Shown piece after piece: positions 60,469 to 64,000 of a stretch of 64,000 bases of DNA. The stretch's first letter is position 1. Each line of letters opens with the position of its first letter. Source of the DNA: the human T2T-CHM13v2.0 reference genome, Homo sapiens; assembly GCF_009914755.1 (NCBI RefSeq), contig NC_060925.1; one strand, 5' to 3'. A program made the translations under genes and the position numbers. Under the pieces are notes generated by a model. That model was given only the letters and a program-made list of their open reading frames with translations, ran no database searches and was not told the origin of the DNA.

Positions 60469-61658
60469 GTGAAAGCCTCCGCAACTCAGCACAGGTCGCT
60501 CAAGCTGTGTTCCTAGAGCTTCTGCAGCTGGCACCACCCTGCACGTGAGTCAAGCTGTTGAGTCTCTCCCCTCCTTCCTTGGAGTTTCCTTTCCGGAAAG
60601 ACTGCCACAGACAGGGCAGGTATAGCAACATGAGCACACAACACACTTAGATTCTTTACAGTGACTCTAACTGAAGCCAAAGAATCTATGACGAGCCTGT
60701 TTTCTCTGAAAGTTCCTTGACAGTACAGGTCCATACAACTCTACGCACAACAAAACTCTGTCCACCTTGTGATCTCCTCCTTTGCTTTTTATACAAACAT
60801 CTTCCAGACTTTTCCCAGAGGTCTGTCCGAGTCGAGCGGGAACACATGTGTTCTCTGTCCCTGGTTACTGTTTACTTCCTCTGCTGTTTCATATCACAGT
60901 ATCATTAACACGAGGAGGGAACCCACAGCCAAGGCAACCAGCCAGGGGTGTACACACAGCTCAGTATCAAGTGGGCCTTCTGCTCCATTTAGTCAGACTG
61001 GGTTTTTGGCTCCAATCACACTTGTGGTTACCAGAATATAAAGGGTAAGCAACCTTCTCCTCCTCATCTTTTTTCTTATTTTTAAAATTAATTTTTTTAT
61101 TTTCATTTTTACCATGTAATATATGCATGTAAAACTCCTCCTCATCTTGATGGCCTACACATATTACTCTGAATTCAGTTACGTAACATGTTACATTTTT
61201 ATCTGGAATGCATTTTAACCTAAAATTTTATTACTCCAAACAATTGTCCTTCAACCTGGCTGGGGCACTGGCACTCTGATGAACGACCTCTAAACATTCC
61301 TCTCATTGTTGCAGCCCTCATTGTTAATTCATATTCCTGGGAGATTGGTAGAGCTGCCCCACCACCACCCCAGCTATGTCCTGGGGTTGGGAACAAAAGA
61401 ATCTGTGCCTGTCAGCTTCTGGAATGAAAGGTGGGGACTTGGAATTACCCTCACTCTGATGATATCCAAAAGGAATCAGCATTCTATTAAAAATGACAAT
61501 GGACTTTGGGCAGACCAAAAAAAAAAAAAAAAAAGACAAATATCCACAAACATTGCTCTCAGGAACAGGTGCTACTGGAATTCTTTAATTAAAGTTATAC
61601 TGTTAAATTAGCTGCAGACCTTGATGACTATTTCATCTCCTAGAATAAATGAAGAATA

Positions 61659-61971
61659 CAGTCATACATCACTTAACAATGGGAATATGTTCTGAGAAAT
61701 GCTTTGTTAGGCAATTTTGTCATTATGCAAACATCACAGAGAGCACTTACACAAACGTAGGCGGTGTAGCCTACTAGATAACTAGGCGATATGATAGAGC
61801 CTATTGCTCCCAGGCCACAAACACGCACAGCATGTTACTATAGTGAATAACGTAAGGAAATGGTAAGTATTTGTGCAATAGGAATTTTTCAGCTCCACTG
61901 TAATCTTACGGGACCACTATTGTATATGTGTTCTGTCAGTGACCAAAACATTGCTATGCAGTACATGACTG
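61659..61971 (+). mobile_element. Tigger3a-like DNA transposon (313 bp)
   Basis: TA-cagtcat...catgactg-TA ends and typical internal sequence. Confidence 0.8.
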
Positions 61972-62108
61972 TAATTGATTATTGGAATGGAAGTAATAGT
62001 ATGTAGGATATGTCTGTATCCTCACATTTCATGATATCCAGGTAAGTAACGGCAGGCATAATCAGAACTGTACCTCGCATCTGAATAAAACAATTTTCAA
62101 AAATTTCA

Positions 62109-62433
<325 letters not shown>

Positions 62434-62679
62434 TTAATTCAACAAATGTATCTTGACTACTGTGTGCCAGACTGAGGATACAGCAGTAAGCAATAAGCTT
62501 CCCTCTAGAGCTTATCGTTATTGCCATCTAATCATGATAACATTTTTGTCCATAGAGTTGCCATGAGGAAGTCTCTTTGAGACTGTGCAAGAGCTGATTG
62601 ATTGCAAAGCTCTATTGACTGGGAAGTTGTTCATGAAGGAGGAATATTTCAAAATACGTAGAAAAAAGAAAATACCATT

Positions 62680-63067
62680 TTCTGAGTACATTTTGTGCTG
62701 CTATAACAGAATGCCAGAGGCTGGGTAATCTATAATAAACAGAAATTTATTGGTTCATGATTCTGGAGGGTGGGAAGTCCAAGATCAAGGAGCTGGCATC
62801 TGGCAAGGGCCTTCCTGCTGCATCATCAGATGGCAGAAGGCAAAAGGAGAGAGAGGGTGAGGGCGAGTGAGAGGGCAGGCGAGGGAGGCTGAACTCATCC
62901 TTTTATAAGGAACCCACTCCGTGACAACGGCATTATCTCATTGATGAAGGTAGTGCCCCTGTGATCCAAACTCCTGGTGGGACCAATTAGACCTCACTTT
63001 CCATCTCAACTTTTGGGATCAAGTTTCCAACACATGAACTTTGAGGGATGCATTCAAACCATAGTAA
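62680..63067 (-). mobile_element. MaLR LTR (MST/MLT1A-type)
   Basis: gtgctgctataacagaat...cattcaaaccatagta. Confidence 0.8.
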
Positions 63068-63806
63068 CCTTGAAGGATGTTGATAGACAAAAGCTCAGAC
63101 ACATCCAAAGTAATTGCCTTACAAGGCTTCCTGTTTCCTTCAAATGAGAAGCTTTCAGAGAGCAAGAATGGTAGAAGAAGAGTCCTTTAAGTAGGGTGTG
63201 AAAACATACAGGATCTAAGAGGACCCAGAACCAGTGCCATGTAATAGTAGGATCAGGTATCTGCCAGTTTTAATAATCATTTTCTTTCATTGTATTTGTT
63301 TTAACAGAGTAACTTTTAAAAATACAGGCTTGTTTCATCTGTGTTTTTAAAAAGGCAGGCAGGAGATAGTTTGTATCTTGAGACCCACAGAAAGACATGG
63401 TAATGGTAATGGGGCTAAATGAAGATCCTAGGGCAAGATAAAAACCCAAGGATGTACCATCTTGACTGTTGTGTCTGTACCTTATGATCAAAACTGTTTC
63501 TGTCCCCAATTAAGCATCTTTGGAACATTTTGTATTTTGTTGATTTAGGAAAATAATATGCTTACATATTCTCAACACTCTAATGTAATTGTTTGTAAAT
63601 ACAACATTTGCTTTCACTAAGCTTCACTTTTTATCAAAGTTTAACCCAGTATCGCTCTTAAAGTGCTATAAAGAGCACTGCAGGGGTAAAATAGAAGGGA
63701 ATAGCCATTACATCTCTAAATAATTTTCCAAGATAAATGAGACTATAATTTTGCGTATCAAAGTCATAAAATGACCTTAAAATTTTTGTCTTTGTTTCTT
63801 GTTCAG

Positions 63807-63964
63807 AACTATAAACACTGTTTTTCTTATGCTATTGGAAAACCAGGAGACTTAAATCAACCATACGAGATTATCAACAGTTCTAATGGTAACCATATAT
63901 TTTGGCCCATGGGCCATTCTGGAATGTATGTATTTCGTGTGAAGATCCTGGATCCAAACTATAG
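63807..63964 (+). CDS. CATSPERE: CatSper-epsilon coding exon (158 nt; NYKHCFSYAIGKPGD...VKILDPNY)
   Basis: cttgttcag/AAC ... AG/gtgaat; phase 0 to 2; overlaps ORF 63771..63968. Confidence 0.93.
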
Positions 63965-64000
63965 GTGAATATATGTGTTACTGTAATAGTGTTAGCATTA

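Overview
Primate (very likely human) genomic DNA. The window covers 11 consecutive internal coding exons, on the + strand, of CATSPERE (C1orf101), the CatSper channel auxiliary subunit epsilon. All introns are GT-AG and the exons splice into one open frame of 1619 nt (539 codons + 2 nt); the start and stop codons lie outside the window. The introns are mostly repeats: a full-length but dead antisense L1PA (~6.7 kb), about 30 Alus, L1M/L2/MIR remnants, MaLR, ERV1 and ERVL LTRs, Tigger elements, an ancestral-type cytochrome c processed pseudogene, a tailless U2 retrocopy and a 59-bp VNTR. The most unusual structure is a deleted HERV-I/LTR10-type provirus (20175-22924). Its 5' LTR is replaced by a 270-bp U5 palindrome, so the element ends in U5 on both sides yet is still flanked by an ATAGG target-site duplication, which points to integration of an aberrant reverse transcript. 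Repeat subfamily names come from recall of consensus sequences and repeat boundaries are approximate. No prokaryotic system or CRISPR array is present.
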